From positions 1 to 64,000 of IMG/VR virus record IMGVR_UViG_2910822364_000002: a DNA stretch of 64,000 nt. The stretch is one strand, 5' to 3'. The position numbers and the translations under genes are program-made. The DNA comes from a virus. Taxonomy: Duplodnaviria > Caudoviricetes. Below, in pieces: positions 8,380-18,804 of the stretch; position 1 is the stretch's first letter, and each line of letters starts with the position of its first letter. The notes below the pieces were generated by a model. It ran no database searches. It was not told where the DNA came from and was given only the letters and a program-made list of their open reading frames with translations.

Positions 8380-9336
8380 ATGATCGGAATAAAAGACCAA
8401 TACTTTGGCACAGAAATCGAAATGACAGGGATTACCAGACAACGTGCTGCAGAAGTTGTTGCTGAAATGTTTGGAACAGAAGCATATTATGACGGCACTA
8501 CTTATGGAGTCTGGTCAGTGATAGATCTGGAAGGAAAAAAGTGGAAATTTATGTCTGATGGGAGCATTTATACACAACGGAAAGTATACGGTCGAATTGT
8601 AGACGCAGGTGGAGAATATTCAACAGAAATGGTATCACCGAAATTATCCTATGATGAAATGGGAAAGTTACAGGAAGTAGTACGATGTCTGCGACAGCAT
8701 GGAGGTTTTGTAAATGAGTCCTGTGGTCAGCATGTTCATGTAGATGCATCGAATCATACACCGCAGAGTCTGAAAAATGCACTGACAATTATGTATGCAA
8801 AGGAAGATATCCTGTTCAAAGCACTGAAAGTGCAGGAGAGAAGAGCAAATAGTTATTGTCAGAGGGTGCGACCGGAGGTATTGGAGAAAATCCGAAAAAT
8901 ACCAAATAAATCAATCACAATGGACCGAGTAAGAAATGTCTGGTATGGAGGCAGGGATGGAAGTCATACCCATTATGATTATACCCGTTATTATGCTCTG
9001 AATCTTCATGCTGTGTTTTCCAAGGGAACTTTGGAATGGCGTTGTTTTGAAAGCACACTACATGCAGGAAAGGTGAGAGCAAATATTACACTGGCATTAG
9101 CCATTTCCGCACAGGCAATCAATCAGAGATCGACACAGATGAAAAAGACACTGATATCAGAAAACCCGGCATTTACATTTCGTACATTTTTATTGAGACT
9201 TGGGTTAATTGGAGACGAATATAAAAATGTTCGAAAACATCTGCTGGCAAATCTGGATGGTGATCTTGCGTGGAGATATGATAAAAGCACGTATGAGTGT
9301 CTGAAGAAAAATCAAAGGACAGAAGGAGTCAGATAG
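8380..9336 (+). CDS. Amidoligase family protein (COOH-NH2 ligase type)
   Basis: FGTEIEM, DGSI, EMVSPKL, SCGQHVHV, RYYALN, GTLEWR motifs. Confidence 0.88.
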   Translation: MIGIKDQYFGTEIEMTGITRQRAAEVVAEMFGTEAYYDGTTYGVWSVIDLEGKKWKFMSDGSIYTQRKVYGRIVDAGGEYSTEMVSPKLSYDEMGKLQEVVRCLRQHGGFVNESCGQHVHVDASNHTPQSLKNALTIMYAKEDILFKALKVQERRANSYCQRVRPEVLEKIRKIPNKSITMDRVRNVWYGGRDGSHTHYDYTRYYALNLHAVFSKGTLEWRCFESTLHAGKVRANITLALAISAQAINQRSTQMKKTLISENPAFTFRTFLLRLGLIGDEYKNVRKHLLANLDGDLAWRYDKSTYECLKKNQRTEGVR

Positions 9337-9348
9337 AGGTGAGAAAAA

Positions 9349-9831
9349 ATGAAAGATAGATATTACTTCGCTTATGGCAGCAACATGAATCTGGAGCAGA
9401 TGAAGTACAGGTGTCCGGCTGCGGAAGTTGTGGAAAACGTCCGGCTTGAAAATTATCGGCTGGCATTTCGGGGAAGGGCTCCGGGCAATGGGGTAGCAAC
9501 GGTTCTGCCGGAAAAAGGAAGCTATGTCGAAGGAGTCTTATGGAAAATCACAGAAGCGTGTGAGAAGAGTCTGGATTTTTATGAAGGATTCCCAAGTTTT
9601 TATGGGAAAGAATCGATTCGGGTAAAAAATCAGGATGGTGTGGAGAAAGAAGTGTTTGTATATATGATGAACGCTCCGCACAAAGATGTTCCGGCAAAGC
9701 CATCGAAATTTTATCTGGATGGAATTCTGGAAGGATGTAAGGATAACCAGATTCCAACGGAGTCTGTCATGGAAGCGGTAAAACGTACCAGACAGGAAGT
9801 AAAAAAAGAAAAAAATCGATATGCAAGATAA
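9349..9831 (+). CDS. Gamma-glutamylcyclotransferase (AIG2-like)
   Basis: YFAYGSNMN, VEGVLW, LDFYEG motifs. Confidence 0.88.
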   Translation: MKDRYYFAYGSNMNLEQMKYRCPAAEVVENVRLENYRLAFRGRAPGNGVATVLPEKGSYVEGVLWKITEACEKSLDFYEGFPSFYGKESIRVKNQDGVEKEVFVYMMNAPHKDVPAKPSKFYLDGILEGCKDNQIPTESVMEAVKRTRQEVKKEKNRYAR

Positions 9832-9904
9832 AACGTACCGCAGAGGAAACATCTTCTGCGGTATTTTACTGAAAAAATCTATTTATAATAGGAAGGAAAA
9901 GCAC

Positions 9905-12900
9905 ATGAAGGTTAGAAAATTAAAGACCAGAATTGCTGCTTTTGGACTGGCTGTCCTGATGGGCATCAGTACCTTGAGCAGTGCGAATGCGTTTGCGGCC
10001 GAACAGACAGGCTCGGAACAGCAGACGGAAGTACAGGCATCTGAACAGGCGGTAACAAGCCAGAAAGATACATCAGTTACAGCAGATGATATCACAAAAG
10101 CAGTTTCAGATGATACATTTGCAGTGGAAACCAGTATGGAAGGAATCCATTATGATGCAGAAAAAGAAGATGTTACGCTTGTAAGTATCAAAGATGAGAA
10201 TGGTGGAGAGTATCATTCAGACAAAGCAGGAACATATATTGCCACTTATATGGTCGTTCCAAAAGATAAGAGTGACAGCTATACCATCACCCGTAAAGTG
10301 ACTCTGACGGATACCGAAGGACAGGCACATTCCGAAGAAAATGGTGGAGAGAAACAGAAGTCAGATACAGAATCTGAAGATGATTCGGATTCGCCTGTGC
10401 AGAACTACACAGATGTAGAAATTGAAACATCCGAAGAAGATGCATCTGCACAGGCAATCAAAGAACTGAAAGAGGACATCGAAGAGGGAAATGTGATGGT
10501 ATTGTCTGCGGCTGAAAGAGCTACAAGCAGCGGTTCCACAGTTACATTGACAAAGGGGAGAACTATTTATTATCCAAGTTATATTGGAAATTATCTTACT
10601 TGCCTGTTTACAGTCAATGGAAAAATTGCATACTGCCTTCAGTCCCAGAAAGCATCCCCACCGAGTGGAAGTTATGTAGCACAGGTACTGGACAGCAATA
10701 AAAATCTGCAGAAAGTCCTTTATTATGGTTATGGCGGGGCAGGAGATCTGACAGGAAGTTATCTGTCTGGAAAAACGGAAGATGAAAAGTATGTGTATAC
10801 ACACATTGCAGCCAGCTATGCTTATGCAGGAGAAGCCGGATTTACAGGGTGTAATTATAATGACCTTGTAAATGCAGGGGTTATCGCATATATCAATTAT
10901 CTGTTTGGACAGGAAGAACCGCCAAAAGGTGAACTGAGCCTTTCAAGCACAAAGCTGAATGCAGTACGGGATGGAAACATCCAGAAAACACCAAATATCA
11001 CACTGTCTGGAGATCACAGAAACTATGTGACACTGAGTGTACCAGAAAATGTGACAGCACATAATCTTTCCAAAGGAACAAGTGTTACAAATGGAAAAAT
11101 CCAGATTTATGGTGGAGATACATTCTATCTGTCCGCAGATTTATTACTGACAGGCAGTTATGCTTCCGGCAACTTATATGGTTCTGTCGGAAAGACATGG
11201 AGAACACTGGTGTTGACAACCGGAGATTCCAAGCAGGATATCGGTGTATTTGAAAGCGAAACAGCAGCGCCGGTAAGCTTCAGTGTACAGTGGCTGAATA
11301 TGACACGCATTGAACTTATGAAGAAAGATGTCAATACACAGAATCCACTGTCAGGAGCAGTTTATGGTATTTATACTGATAAGAAGTGTGAAAATCTGCT
11401 GATGACAATGTCAGCAACCGGAACAGACGGAAAAGCAGTCAGCGATTATTTTGATTCTGCACTGAAAACAGTGTACGTGAAAGAGATCACTGCTCCGACA
11501 GGATACAAACTGAATACAGAAGTATATAAAGTGGCTGTTACTGCCGGAAAGACAATGACTGTAACAGCAACAGATGAGAGAGTCACCGGAAAGGTGAAAA
11601 TCGCAAAGATCGATAAAGAAACACTTGCATTTAAAGCGCAGGGGGACAGTGTTCTTCGTGGTGCTGTGTATGGTCTGTATGCAAAAGAGGACATCGTGCA
11701 TCCGGATGGCACAACAGGGGTTCTGTATAAACAGGACAGCCTGATTGCACAGGGAGTCATCGGAGATGACGGAACACTGGAATTTTCAGAATTATACCTT
11801 GGAGAAATGTATGTAAAAGAGATCACTCCACCGGAAGGATATACACTGGATACTACCAAATACGAGGTATCAGTAACTTATGAAGGTCAGGATGTTGCCG
11901 AAGTGACAAGAGACCTTACGGTAAAAGAGCAGGTAAAGAAACAGGCATTCCAGTTAATCAAAATCAGTGAAGATGGAGAGCAGACAGAAACAGACCTGGT
12001 TGCAGGAGCAGGATTTAAGGTATATCTGATCAGCGACCTGACACAGGTAAAAAATGGAAAACTGAAGCCAGCCAATGGAGAAAGCTATACAGCAAGCGAT
12101 TTCAAAAATTATGACTTCAGCAAAGAGCAGGTTGCAGTTACTTACGAGAATGGAACAGCCGTACCAGTACCAGAACTGATCACTGATACAAAAGGATATG
12201 CAGTCAGCCCGGAACTGCCGTATGGAAGTTATGTTGTAGTGGAAAGTACTACCCCTGAGAATTTGAAAACCATTGATCCATTTGTTGTAAATGTGGAAAA
12301 TGACAGCAGAGAGCCAATGCAGTGGAGAGTATTTGATGACCGCCCGTTTGAATTTTTGCTGAAAATTGTAAAGAAGGATGCACAGACTGGAAATACTGTT
12401 TTAAAGGCTGGTGCTTCTTATAAGATTTACGATGTGACAAATAAGAAATATGTGGAACAGGTTGTTCAGTATCCGAAGAAAGAAAAGATCAGTGTATTCG
12501 AAACAAACGAGGAAGGATATCTGATCACACCGCAGGAACTGAAGTGCTCTACCTACCGAATCGAAGAAGTGAAAGCACCGGAAGGATTTGTAAGACAGGG
12601 AAGCGAGGAGTCCCTGTATGATGGAACAACGATTATTTCACCATTAGAACAGACTACAAAAGGAACATATAAAGAAAATCCACAGAGTGGTATTGTAATT
12701 ACAGTATCCTCAAACACTGCACATCAGATTGATCCAGATACAGGAGCTGCGATTGTAGAGGTAGAACAGAAAAACGATGAACAGGTAGGAAGCCTGCTCC
12801 TGACGAAAAAGGGAGAACAGCTTACCGAAGTAACCGGAGATTCTGTTCTGGCAAAAGTAAAAGCACTGGTTTCAAAAGTAAGAAATGCCGTATCTGGAAA

Positions 12901-14281
12901 AGAAGAAACAGGTATTTATAAAGGCTTTAAATATGAAGAAACCGGAGTAGAAGGCGCTGAATTCGAAATATATGCCAAAGATACCATCTATTCACCGGAC
13001 GGAGCAAAGGACGAAGCAGGAAATCCAGTTGTCCGATATGAGAAAGATGACCTGGTAGCCAAACTGACTACAGATGAAAATGGAACAGCAGTTATCAACA
13101 ATCTGCCACTGGGAACGTATTATCTGAAAGAAGTTGTAGCAGGAGAGAATTTTGTCCTAAATACAGAACAGAAAGAATTTACCCTGACAGCAGAGGATGA
13201 TACACAGGCAGTTGTTTATGAAGGCGTTACCTATAAAAATGAAAGACAGAAAGTTTTCGTATCAGTAGAAAAGAAAGATTCTGTCACAGGCGAAAAGCTG
13301 GAAGGTGTTATTTTTGGACTGTATGCTGCAGAAGATATTCTTTCTAATCAGGGAGAGGTTCTCGTAGAGAAAGATACCTTGCTGGAAAAGAAAGCAACGG
13401 ATGCAAAGGGAACACTTACTTTCGACAGTGATCTTCCACATGGAAAATACTATGTCAAAGAGGAAGTCAGAAAAGCTGGATATCTTCCAAATGAGGAAGT
13501 ATGGAATGTAGATGCAACTTACGAAAATCAGAATCTTGCAAAGATTGAACTGAACAAAGAAGTTGAGAATCAGCCGACAGAAACACGCATTACAAAAACA
13601 GATGCAACTACCGGAAATGAGCTGGAAGGAGCCAAACTGCAGGTCATTGATAAAGACGGAAATGTTGTGGAAGAATGGGTAAGCAGTAAGGAAGAACATG
13701 TCATTTACGGACTGCCGGAAGGAAGTTATACCTTACATGAGGAACTGGCTCCTTATGAAGATGGCTATGTGTCTGCCAGCGATGTGATGTTTGAAGTCAA
13801 AGAAGATGGCAGTGTGACAAAGGTTGAGATGAAAGATGAATATTCCAAAGTGGAAATTTCAAAAACAGACCTTACAACCGGAAAAGAACTGGAAGGGGCA
13901 AAGCTTCAGATTATCCGCAAAGACGGAACTGTTCTGGAAGAGTGGATTACAGATGGAAAACCACATTCCGTTGAAAAACTCCCAGTCAATGAAGAACTTA
14001 CTCTGCGTGAGATCACAGCACCGGATGGTTACGAGATTGCGGAAGATGTCACATTTACATTGAAAGATACAATGGAAGTCCAGAAAGTAGAAATGAAAGA
14101 TGCCAGAACACCGGAGAAAACAACAGAAAAAACAAATGCACCAAAAACAGGTGATAACCAGAAAATATGGGCGTTTGTTCTGCTTGCACTGGCATCTGCT
14201 GGAACAGCTACAGGAGTGACTGTATACCGCAGAAAGAAGTCAAAAATGACAGACAACAAAAAAGAAACAGAAGAAAAATAA
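9905..14281 (+). CDS. Cell-wall-anchored SpaA/Cna-B repeat adhesin
   Basis: Signal peptide, repeated K.D..TG..L.GA..G/YxLxE..AP.GY domains, C-terminal APKTG + TM + basic tail; RBS before ATG 9905. Confidence 0.9.
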   Translation: MKVRKLKTRIAAFGLAVLMGISTLSSANAFAAEQTGSEQQTEVQASEQAVTSQKDTSVTADDITKAVSDDTFAVETSMEGIHYDAEKEDVTLVSIKDENGGEYHSDKAGTYIATYMVVPKDKSDSYTITRKVTLTDTEGQAHSEENGGEKQKSDTESEDDSDSPVQNYTDVEIETSEEDASAQAIKELKEDIEEGNVMVLSAAERATSSGSTVTLTKGRTIYYPSYIGNYLTCLFTVNGKIAYCLQSQKASPPSGSYVAQVLDSNKNLQKVLYYGYGGAGDLTGSYLSGKTEDEKYVYTHIAASYAYAGEAGFTGCNYNDLVNAGVIAYINYLFGQEEPPKGELSLSSTKLNAVRDGNIQKTPNITLSGDHRNYVTLSVPENVTAHNLSKGTSVTNGKIQIYGGDTFYLSADLLLTGSYASGNLYGSVGKTWRTLVLTTGDSKQDIGVFESETAAPVSFSVQWLNMTRIELMKKDVNTQNPLSGAVYGIYTDKKCENLLMTMSATGTDGKAVSDYFDSALKTVYVKEITAPTGYKLNTEVYKVAVTAGKTMTVTATDERVTGKVKIAKIDKETLAFKAQGDSVLRGAVYGLYAKEDIVHPDGTTGVLYKQDSLIAQGVIGDDGTLEFSELYLGEMYVKEITPPEGYTLDTTKYEVSVTYEGQDVAEVTRDLTVKEQVKKQAFQLIKISEDGEQTETDLVAGAGFKVYLISDLTQVKNGKLKPANGESYTASDFKNYDFSKEQVAVTYENGTAVPVPELITDTKGYAVSPELPYGSYVVVESTTPENLKTIDPFVVNVENDSREPMQWRVFDDRPFEFLLKIVKKDAQTGNTVLKAGASYKIYDVTNKKYVEQVVQYPKKEKISVFETNEEGYLITPQELKCSTYRIEEVKAPEGFVRQGSEESLYDGTTIISPLEQTTKGTYKENPQSGIVITVSSNTAHQIDPDTGAAIVEVEQKNDEQVGSLLLTKKGEQLTEVTGDSVLAKVKALVSKVRNAVSGKEETGIYKGFKYEETGVEGAEFEIYAKDTIYSPDGAKDEAGNPVVRYEKDDLVAKLTTDENGTAVINNLPLGTYYLKEVVAGENFVLNTEQKEFTLTAEDDTQAVVYEGVTYKNERQKVFVSVEKKDSVTGEKLEGVIFGLYAAEDILSNQGEVLVEKDTLLEKKATDAKGTLTFDSDLPHGKYYVKEEVRKAGYLPNEEVWNVDATYENQNLAKIELNKEVENQPTETRITKTDATTGNELEGAKLQVIDKDGNVVEEWVSSKEEHVIYGLPEGSYTLHEELAPYEDGYVSASDVMFEVKEDGSVTKVEMKDEYSKVEISKTDLTTGKELEGAKLQIIRKDGTVLEEWITDGKPHSVEKLPVNEELTLREITAPDGYEIAEDVTFTLKDTMEVQKVEMKDARTPEKTTEKTNAPKTGDNQKIWAFVLLALASAGTATGVTVYRRKKSKMTDNKKETEEK

Positions 14282-14366
14282 AATAAGAATTACAGGATAA
14301 ACCAATCTGACAGGGCAGGAGATGTGCATAAAGCAGCTTCTGCCCTGTCTGTATATAAGGAGAAGA

Positions 14367-15530
14367 ATGATGAGACGTTTTTATACAGCAGAATCAGTAA
14401 CAGAAGGACACCCAGACAAAGTATGCGATCAGATAGCAGATGCAATCTTAGATGAATGTCTGCGTTACGATCCATCTTCGAGAGTGGCGTGTGAAGTCCT
14501 TGCTACAAGAGGAAATGTGTTTGTAGCAGGAGAAATCACCAGCGGATATGAACCACCAGTGTTTGATGTGATCCGAAAAGTTTTAGAAGAGTGTGGATAT
14601 TGTACAGATGGGATAGAAATGGATACGTTTGTACACCAGCAGAGTCCAGATATTGCGAAAGCAGTGAGTGTGTCGAAAGAATTTCGGGATAATATCGGCG
14701 CAAAATTAAGAGATAGAAGCAGGGGAGCTGGAGATCAGGGTGTTATGGTCGGATATGCGTGTGATGATACTCCGCAGCTTATGCCAATGCCGACTGTTCT
14801 GGCACACCGGATCACACGTGAACTTTCGGCTTGCAGAAGAAGCGGATATATCAAAGATATCTTTTCGGATGGAAAAGCACAGGTAACCGTAGAATATGAA
14901 GATGGAAAGCCAGTGAGACTGGAAAGTGTTGTTGTTTCCTGCCAGCATGGTGCAGAAAAGAGCCTGAAGAAGTTAGATGCCGAAATCAGAGAGAAAGTGC
15001 TTCGCTCAGCACTCAGATTACTGCCGCCGGATGAGGATACGAAGATTCTGATCAATCCGTCAGGAAAATTTGTGTGTGGAGGGTTTGATGCAGATACCGG
15101 ACTGACCGGAAGAAAGCTGATGGTGGATACTTATGGAAGTATGGTTCCGCATGGCGGCGGTGCATTTTCAGGAAAGGACTGTTCGAAAGTAGACCGTTCG
15201 GCAGCTTATATGGCAAGGTATATCGCAAAAAATATAGTAGCTGCTGAGTTTGCAAGCAAGTGTCAGGTGTCTCTGGCTTATGCAATCGGAGTAGCAGAGC
15301 CGGTTATGATTGAGGTGGATACCTTTGATACAGGGAAAGTGTGTGCGGATGATTGTCTGGCGGCAGCAATCCCACTGGTGTTTGGAGTGACACCTGTTCA
15401 GATCATGGAATCCCTTCGACTGAACCGTCCGATTTTCCGGCAGACGGCAGTTTTTGGTCATTTTGGAAGAAAGGAGTTTCCTTGGGAGCGGACGGATAAG
15501 GTACTGGATCTTCAGGATGCAATTCTGTAA
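14367..15530 (+). CDS. metK: S-adenosylmethionine synthetase
   Basis: ESVTEGHPDK, GAGDQG, DGKAQV, GGFDADTGLTGRK, GGGAFSGKD. Confidence 0.95.
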   Translation: MMRRFYTAESVTEGHPDKVCDQIADAILDECLRYDPSSRVACEVLATRGNVFVAGEITSGYEPPVFDVIRKVLEECGYCTDGIEMDTFVHQQSPDIAKAVSVSKEFRDNIGAKLRDRSRGAGDQGVMVGYACDDTPQLMPMPTVLAHRITRELSACRRSGYIKDIFSDGKAQVTVEYEDGKPVRLESVVVSCQHGAEKSLKKLDAEIREKVLRSALRLLPPDEDTKILINPSGKFVCGGFDADTGLTGRKLMVDTYGSMVPHGGGAFSGKDCSKVDRSAAYMARYIAKNIVAAEFASKCQVSLAYAIGVAEPVMIEVDTFDTGKVCADDCLAAAIPLVFGVTPVQIMESLRLNRPIFRQTAVFGHFGRKEFPWERTDKVLDLQDAIL

Positions 15531-16507
15531 TGCCCTGGGTAACGGAAGAAGAGATTCAGGCAGCAAAAAATATGACTGCGTATGAGTATTTGCGGACGCA
15601 TCAGGCACAGCGGTTGCAAAAGACAAGAACCAGAAATGAATGGCAGTTGACGGACCATGACAGTTTTAAAATCAATGAACTGTCCAGCAAATGGCATTGG
15701 AAATCCAGAGATATCGGTGGCGTGTCCGCACTGCGGTTCCTGATTGAAGTAGATGGAATGAAATTTACAGATGCCGTAAAACTGTTGTGCGAAGAGAGTC
15801 CGTCTTTTATTCCGACACAGTCTGCGAAAAAGGAAAAACCACCCTTTAAGCTGCCGGAGAGATATTGTAATTGCAGACGAATCAGGGCTTATTTAAACCA
15901 CAGAGGAATCAGCGATGAAGTGATCACGTATTGCATTTCGCATGAAATCCTTTATGAAAGTGTCCCGTACCATAACGCTGTTTTTGTTGGAAAAGATGAA
16001 TCCGGAAAAGCAAGATATGCATTCCTGCGAGGAATCTATGAAAAAAACGGGAAAGGATTCAAGATGGAGCAGACCGGGAGTGAAAAAAAGTACAGCTTTT
16101 GTATTCCACCTGAAAGAGAAACAAAACGAGTTGTCGTATATGAAGCGTGTATTGATGCACTGGCCCACATGACACTGGAAGAAGGAAAGAGGGATAAATA
16201 TCGTCTTTCCCTTGGAGGAATCGCTGCTCCGAAAGAAAACACACAGATACAGAGTGAACGTTTTAAAAAGCTGCCGGATGCACTGGAAGAGTTTCTGAAG
16301 AACCATCCGGAAATCAAAGAAATTGAAATCTGCACCGATAATGACTTTGCCGGGAGATGGGCGAAAGAACAGATGAAAAAACATTACGAGGGAACGTATC
16401 AGATTATTTGCAATCTGCCGGAAAAAGAAGGGGCAGATTATGCAGACCTTGCGAAAGAAAAAAAGCAGACAAATAAATGCAGGGACAGACCATTAGAAAG
16501 AAGGTGA
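15530..16507 (+). CDS. DUF3991 + TOPRIM primase-like protein
   Basis: DHDS, YL..RGI, NAVFVG, YEACIDAL, ICTDNDFAGR. Confidence 0.8.
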   Translation: MPWVTEEEIQAAKNMTAYEYLRTHQAQRLQKTRTRNEWQLTDHDSFKINELSSKWHWKSRDIGGVSALRFLIEVDGMKFTDAVKLLCEESPSFIPTQSAKKEKPPFKLPERYCNCRRIRAYLNHRGISDEVITYCISHEILYESVPYHNAVFVGKDESGKARYAFLRGIYEKNGKGFKMEQTGSEKKYSFCIPPERETKRVVVYEACIDALAHMTLEEGKRDKYRLSLGGIAAPKENTQIQSERFKKLPDALEEFLKNHPEIKEIEICTDNDFAGRWAKEQMKKHYEGTYQIICNLPEKEGADYADLAKEKKQTNKCRDRPLERR

Positions 16508-16513
16508 TAGAGA

Positions 16514-17260
16514 ATGGAAGAAAAAGGAACGATGCACGTACATCTGTTGACGGAGCTGACTGGAAATCTTTATTCAGAAGAATCCGAATGGGAAGAAGAG
16601 TGGTCGGAGAGTGATGAATATGGAATGCCATTAGATGGAACAGAACTTGCCGATTATGAAGAAGTCATCCGAGAAGAACTGGAACGCTATGGGGAAGATG
16701 ATCTCATGCAGTATTTTGACGGAAGTGAGTCCATTCAGGAAAAGATACAAAGTGCAGTTGTTACGATAGAAAACAAAGACGGAATCCTGTACGGCTGTAC
16801 CAAACTGGAATTAAATGAATTTTTAAGTCAGGAAGAACTACAGGAATTCACCGAATACATTACAGGGCAGTACAGTGACGGGTGGGGTGAAGGATTTGAA
16901 CAGAGGGATATCAAGGTAGATGGTGGAACGATGAATGTGCATTTTTGGCATCCTAATATGGAACAGCCGAAAATGTATGAAAAGAAAACAGAGCAGATTC
17001 CGACAAAGCCTGAGAAACAACGTCCCAAGTTACAGCTCCTTGGACATGATGGGAATATTTTTTCCATTATGGGCGATGCCTCAACTCTTTTGAAAAAGAA
17101 TAAACAGACAGCAGAAGCAAAAGAAATGCGTAAAAGGGTATTGGAAAGTGGGGACTATTACAAAGCACTTTTGATTATCAGCGAATATGTAGAAACTGAG
17201 TTGAGTCCGCCGCCCAAAGAAAATAAAAAGACAAAGAAGAAAAATCAGCCGGAACGCTGA
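16514..17260 (+). CDS. Conserved ICE hypothetical protein
   Basis: GQYSDGWGEG and LLGHDGNIFSI motifs seen in conjugative-element proteins. Confidence 0.7.
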   Translation: MEEKGTMHVHLLTELTGNLYSEESEWEEEWSESDEYGMPLDGTELADYEEVIREELERYGEDDLMQYFDGSESIQEKIQSAVVTIENKDGILYGCTKLELNEFLSQEELQEFTEYITGQYSDGWGEGFEQRDIKVDGGTMNVHFWHPNMEQPKMYEKKTEQIPTKPEKQRPKLQLLGHDGNIFSIMGDASTLLKKNKQTAEAKEMRKRVLESGDYYKALLIISEYVETELSPPPKENKKTKKKNQPER

Positions 17261-17271
17261 GAAAAGAAAGG

Positions 17272-18084
17272 ATGATGCCTATGACAAATGGCCTGAGTTT
17301 GGAAGAACTTATGAAAGAGGGAACATACCCGGAGGAATATACTGAAGGGGAAAACTGGAAAATATTACATGGAGATACATTAAAACTGGTCAAAGCATTC
17401 CAGCCGGGAATCTTTGATGCAGTTATTACCGATCCGCCGTATGCATCCGGTGGAACAAAACAGAATGAAAGAAATCGTACTACAAATCAGAAATACAGCA
17501 GTATGAGTGCTGCCAATGCACTTCCGGATTTCGATGGGGATAACAAAGACCAGAGATCTTGGACGCACTGGATGGCTGAATGGCTCTATGATGTGCGGAA
17601 AGCCTGCAAGAAAGGTGCTCCGATCTGTCTGTTCATTGACTGGCGTCAGTATCCATCGATTACCGATGCATTGCAGTGGGCAGGATGGATCTGGCGAGGA
17701 ACAGCGGTGTGGGATAAGGGAAACTCCCGTCCACAGAAAGGCCGTTTCCGCCAGCAGGCTGAATATATTGTGTGGGGCAGTAACGGACCGATGCCGATCA
17801 ACCGTCCGGTATCTTGTCTGCCGGGCGTCTTCCGATATGGCAATCCGCAGAACCGGATTCATGTGACAGAGAAACCGTTGCAGCTTATGAAAGATGTTAT
17901 CCAGATTTGTGAACCGAGAGGGCTGATCCTGGACCCGTTTGTCGGAGCAGGAACAACTGTCCTTGCAGCGGTTATGACAGGTTATCGTGCAGTGGGAATT
18001 GAGGTAACAGATGCCTACTACAAACTGGGAAGTGACAGAGTGAAAATTGCATTAGAAGCAGAGCAGAAAGAGGATGAAAAGTAG
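17272..18084 (+). CDS. N6-adenine/N4-cytosine DNA methyltransferase (beta class)
   Basis: DPPY catalytic motif precedes the ILDPFVGAGTT SAM-binding motif. Confidence 0.9.
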   Translation: MMPMTNGLSLEELMKEGTYPEEYTEGENWKILHGDTLKLVKAFQPGIFDAVITDPPYASGGTKQNERNRTTNQKYSSMSAANALPDFDGDNKDQRSWTHWMAEWLYDVRKACKKGAPICLFIDWRQYPSITDALQWAGWIWRGTAVWDKGNSRPQKGRFRQQAEYIVWGSNGPMPINRPVSCLPGVFRYGNPQNRIHVTEKPLQLMKDVIQICEPRGLILDPFVGAGTTVLAAVMTGYRAVGIEVTDAYYKLGSDRVKIALEAEQKEDEK

Positions 18085-18086
18085 CC

Positions 18087-18115
18087 GGGATGTCCAATTG
18101 GACATCTTGTTTTTT
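18087..18115 (+). terminator. Intrinsic terminator
   Basis: GATGTCC-AATT-GGACATC followed by TTGTTTTTT. Confidence 0.7.
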
Positions 18116-18156
18116 ATAGAGAAAATGAGTGGCATCCAACTGGATGCAGGAAGGAG

Positions 18157-18489
18157 ATGGAGCGTATGGAACAGGCGCTGGCTTATGTGTGCTGTTCAGC
18201 AGAAGAAAGCCGGGTAAAAGTGCAGAAATATTGCAGAAAAATCTATGAACTTGGGTATGTACCAATCTGTCCGAGATTTGTATTCTCACCATTCTTGGAA
18301 GAGTCCGATGCAGAAGATATGCAGGGATATGGAAGAATGTCACATATCCTTTTGCGGAGATGCCGGATGGTAGTCGTATGTGGAAAAGAAGTGACAGGAA
18401 CAATGAATACCGAAATCAGTATGGCAGACAGACTCCATATCATTTGTACGACACTCGATGGACTGGTACAGATAAAAGAATCAAAATAA
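18157..18489 (+). CDS. DUF4406/nucleoside deoxyribosyltransferase-like protein
   Basis: YVCCS...YCRKIYELGYVPICP...VVVCG...TMNTEI pattern. Confidence 0.6.
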   Translation: MERMEQALAYVCCSAEESRVKVQKYCRKIYELGYVPICPRFVFSPFLEESDAEDMQGYGRMSHILLRRCRMVVVCGKEVTGTMNTEISMADRLHIICTTLDGLVQIKESK

Positions 18490-18547
18490 ATCAGAATCGA
18501 GTCAATCCAGTGCTACAGAAACTGGCGGTACTCGTATTGCAAGCATA

Positions 18548-18586
18548 GCGTTTGGATATCCAAACGCACTTTGGGGAGAACCCCAA
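18548..18586. promoter_or_regulatory. Candidate oriT region
   Basis: Perfect 20-bp palindrome GCGTTTGGATATCCAAACGC plus TTGGGG/CCCCAA IR about 200 bp upstream of mobC; nic site not identified. Confidence 0.45.
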
Positions 18587-18627
18587 TCCCCCAGACACAG
18601 ACGGAAATGGAAAGGAAGGATCAAGTC

Positions 18628-18804
18628 ATGTTAAGAAACGGAGTAATAATCGTAATCGCATTGATGAGCGGAGGATTTATAGGAGTGGTAGTGACCTGTT
18701 GCATGGTTGCAGCGAAAAAATCCGATGAGGATCTTGGCGGTATGATGAAAGAGGAAGAGAAAAAAGAAGGGACGGTGATGCAATGCGAAAACGAAACCAT
18801 GTGA
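18628..18804 (+). CDS. Small hydrophobic DUF3789-like protein
   Basis: RBS AAGGAAGG; GGFIGVVVTCCMVAA. Confidence 0.55.
   Translation: MLRNGVIIVIALMSGGFIGVVVTCCMVAAKKSDEDLGGMMKEEEKKEGTVMQCENETM

Noticed and set aside
14282-14366. SAM riboswitch upstream of metK
   Set aside because: Lacks S-box and SMK-box consensus elements; only a simple long hairpin is present.
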